32,000 bases of DNA from positions 90,001-122,000 of the forward strand of contig MKSO01000001.1 of assembly GCA_001897305.1 (NCBI GenBank), read 5' to 3'. A program made the position numbers and the translations under genes. Of this stretch, positions 31,789 to 32,000 are shown piece after piece (the first letter of the stretch is position 1; every line of letters starts with the position of its first letter). A model generated the notes under the pieces. That model worked only from the letters and a program-made list of their open reading frames with translations. It was not told the DNA's origin and did not search any database. The stretch comes from Candidatus Saccharimonadota bacterium. GTDB lineage: Bacteria > Patescibacteriota > Saccharimonadia > Saccharimonadales > Saccharimonadaceae.

Positions 31789-32000
31789 TAGAAATTAACC
31801 TCATCCCTGACGTTAAGCGCGAACTATTAAGGGCTCAACGGGCACGTACAACAGTTATCTCGGCGGCAATTGTTATCAGTATAGTCGCTGGCGCTGTTGT
31901 TGCGGCGCTTGCTCTGTATGTGTACGGAGTCCAAACAGTTCGTGGTGCGCTGCTGGATAATCAAATTAAGGACGGCGCTGCAAAATTATCAAAAGTGGAA
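31785..32000 (+). CDS. pilN: type IV pilus assembly protein PilN (N-terminal part; runs off the window)
   Basis: Not in the ORF track. The ATG at 31785 overlaps the pilM stop (ATGA). MIEINLIPDVKRELLRAQRARTTVISAAIVISIVAGAVVAALALYVYG has the INLIP motif plus one TM helix. The frame is open to nt 32000. Confidence 0.8.
   Translation, partial: MIEINLIPDVKRELLRAQRARTTVISAAIVISIVAGAVVAALALYVYGVQTVRGALLDNQIKDGAAKLSKVE

Noticed and set aside
1-32000. CRISPR arrays, tRNA/rRNA/tmRNA genes, IS elements, transposases, integrases and prophage genes.
   Set aside because: There are no regularly spaced repeats. No intergenic region (all under 300 bp) shows cloverleaf or T-loop features; GGTTCAAAA near 15525-15533 has no complementary stem. 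No ORF has recombinase-like motifs.

Overview
The window is a compact, mostly plus-strand chromosomal segment with about 47% GC. Gene content suggests a small-genome Gram-positive-type bacterium. My best guess, by inference only, is a CPR/Patescibacteria organism resembling Saccharibacteria. The evidence is short housekeeping genes, several type IV pilins with the FTIVELL N-terminus, a pilM-pilN operon and short intergenic regions. Recognisable genes: two ABC systems, an ASCH protein, an FKBP isomerase, a CHAP hydrolase, two pilins, murI, pnp, a DUF2127-like protein, an ABC-F ATPase, a family-4 UDG, rnj, ftsK, rpsF-ssb-rpsR, efp, tlyA, ychF, and a large secreted protein followed by pilM and pilN. 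I found no rRNA, tRNA, CRISPR array, transposase or integrase. The main anomaly is three GC-rich patches inserted in intergenic regions, at 7479-7824, 14759-15322 and about 26060-27700. Each is a complete gene cassette with its own strong SD, GC3-rich codons and a GC hairpin directly after the stop codon. Each is bracketed by short repeats that copy the cassette's own 5' region. Each lies downstream of a backbone-type TGnTATAAT promoter. All encode membrane or secreted proteins. The largest encodes a signal-peptide/Pro-Thr-linker surface protein plus a class-F-like sortase, which suggests acquisition from a high-GC Gram-positive (actinobacterial) donor. Smaller observations: murI has Arg in place of its first catalytic Cys, one pilin is fused to a CBM-like jelly-roll domain, many genes have leaderless-type promoter geometry, RNase J has low-complexity extensions, and rpsF has a structured leader. 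All GC values are hand counts of single 60-nt lines. All homology calls are motif recognition by eye, not searches.
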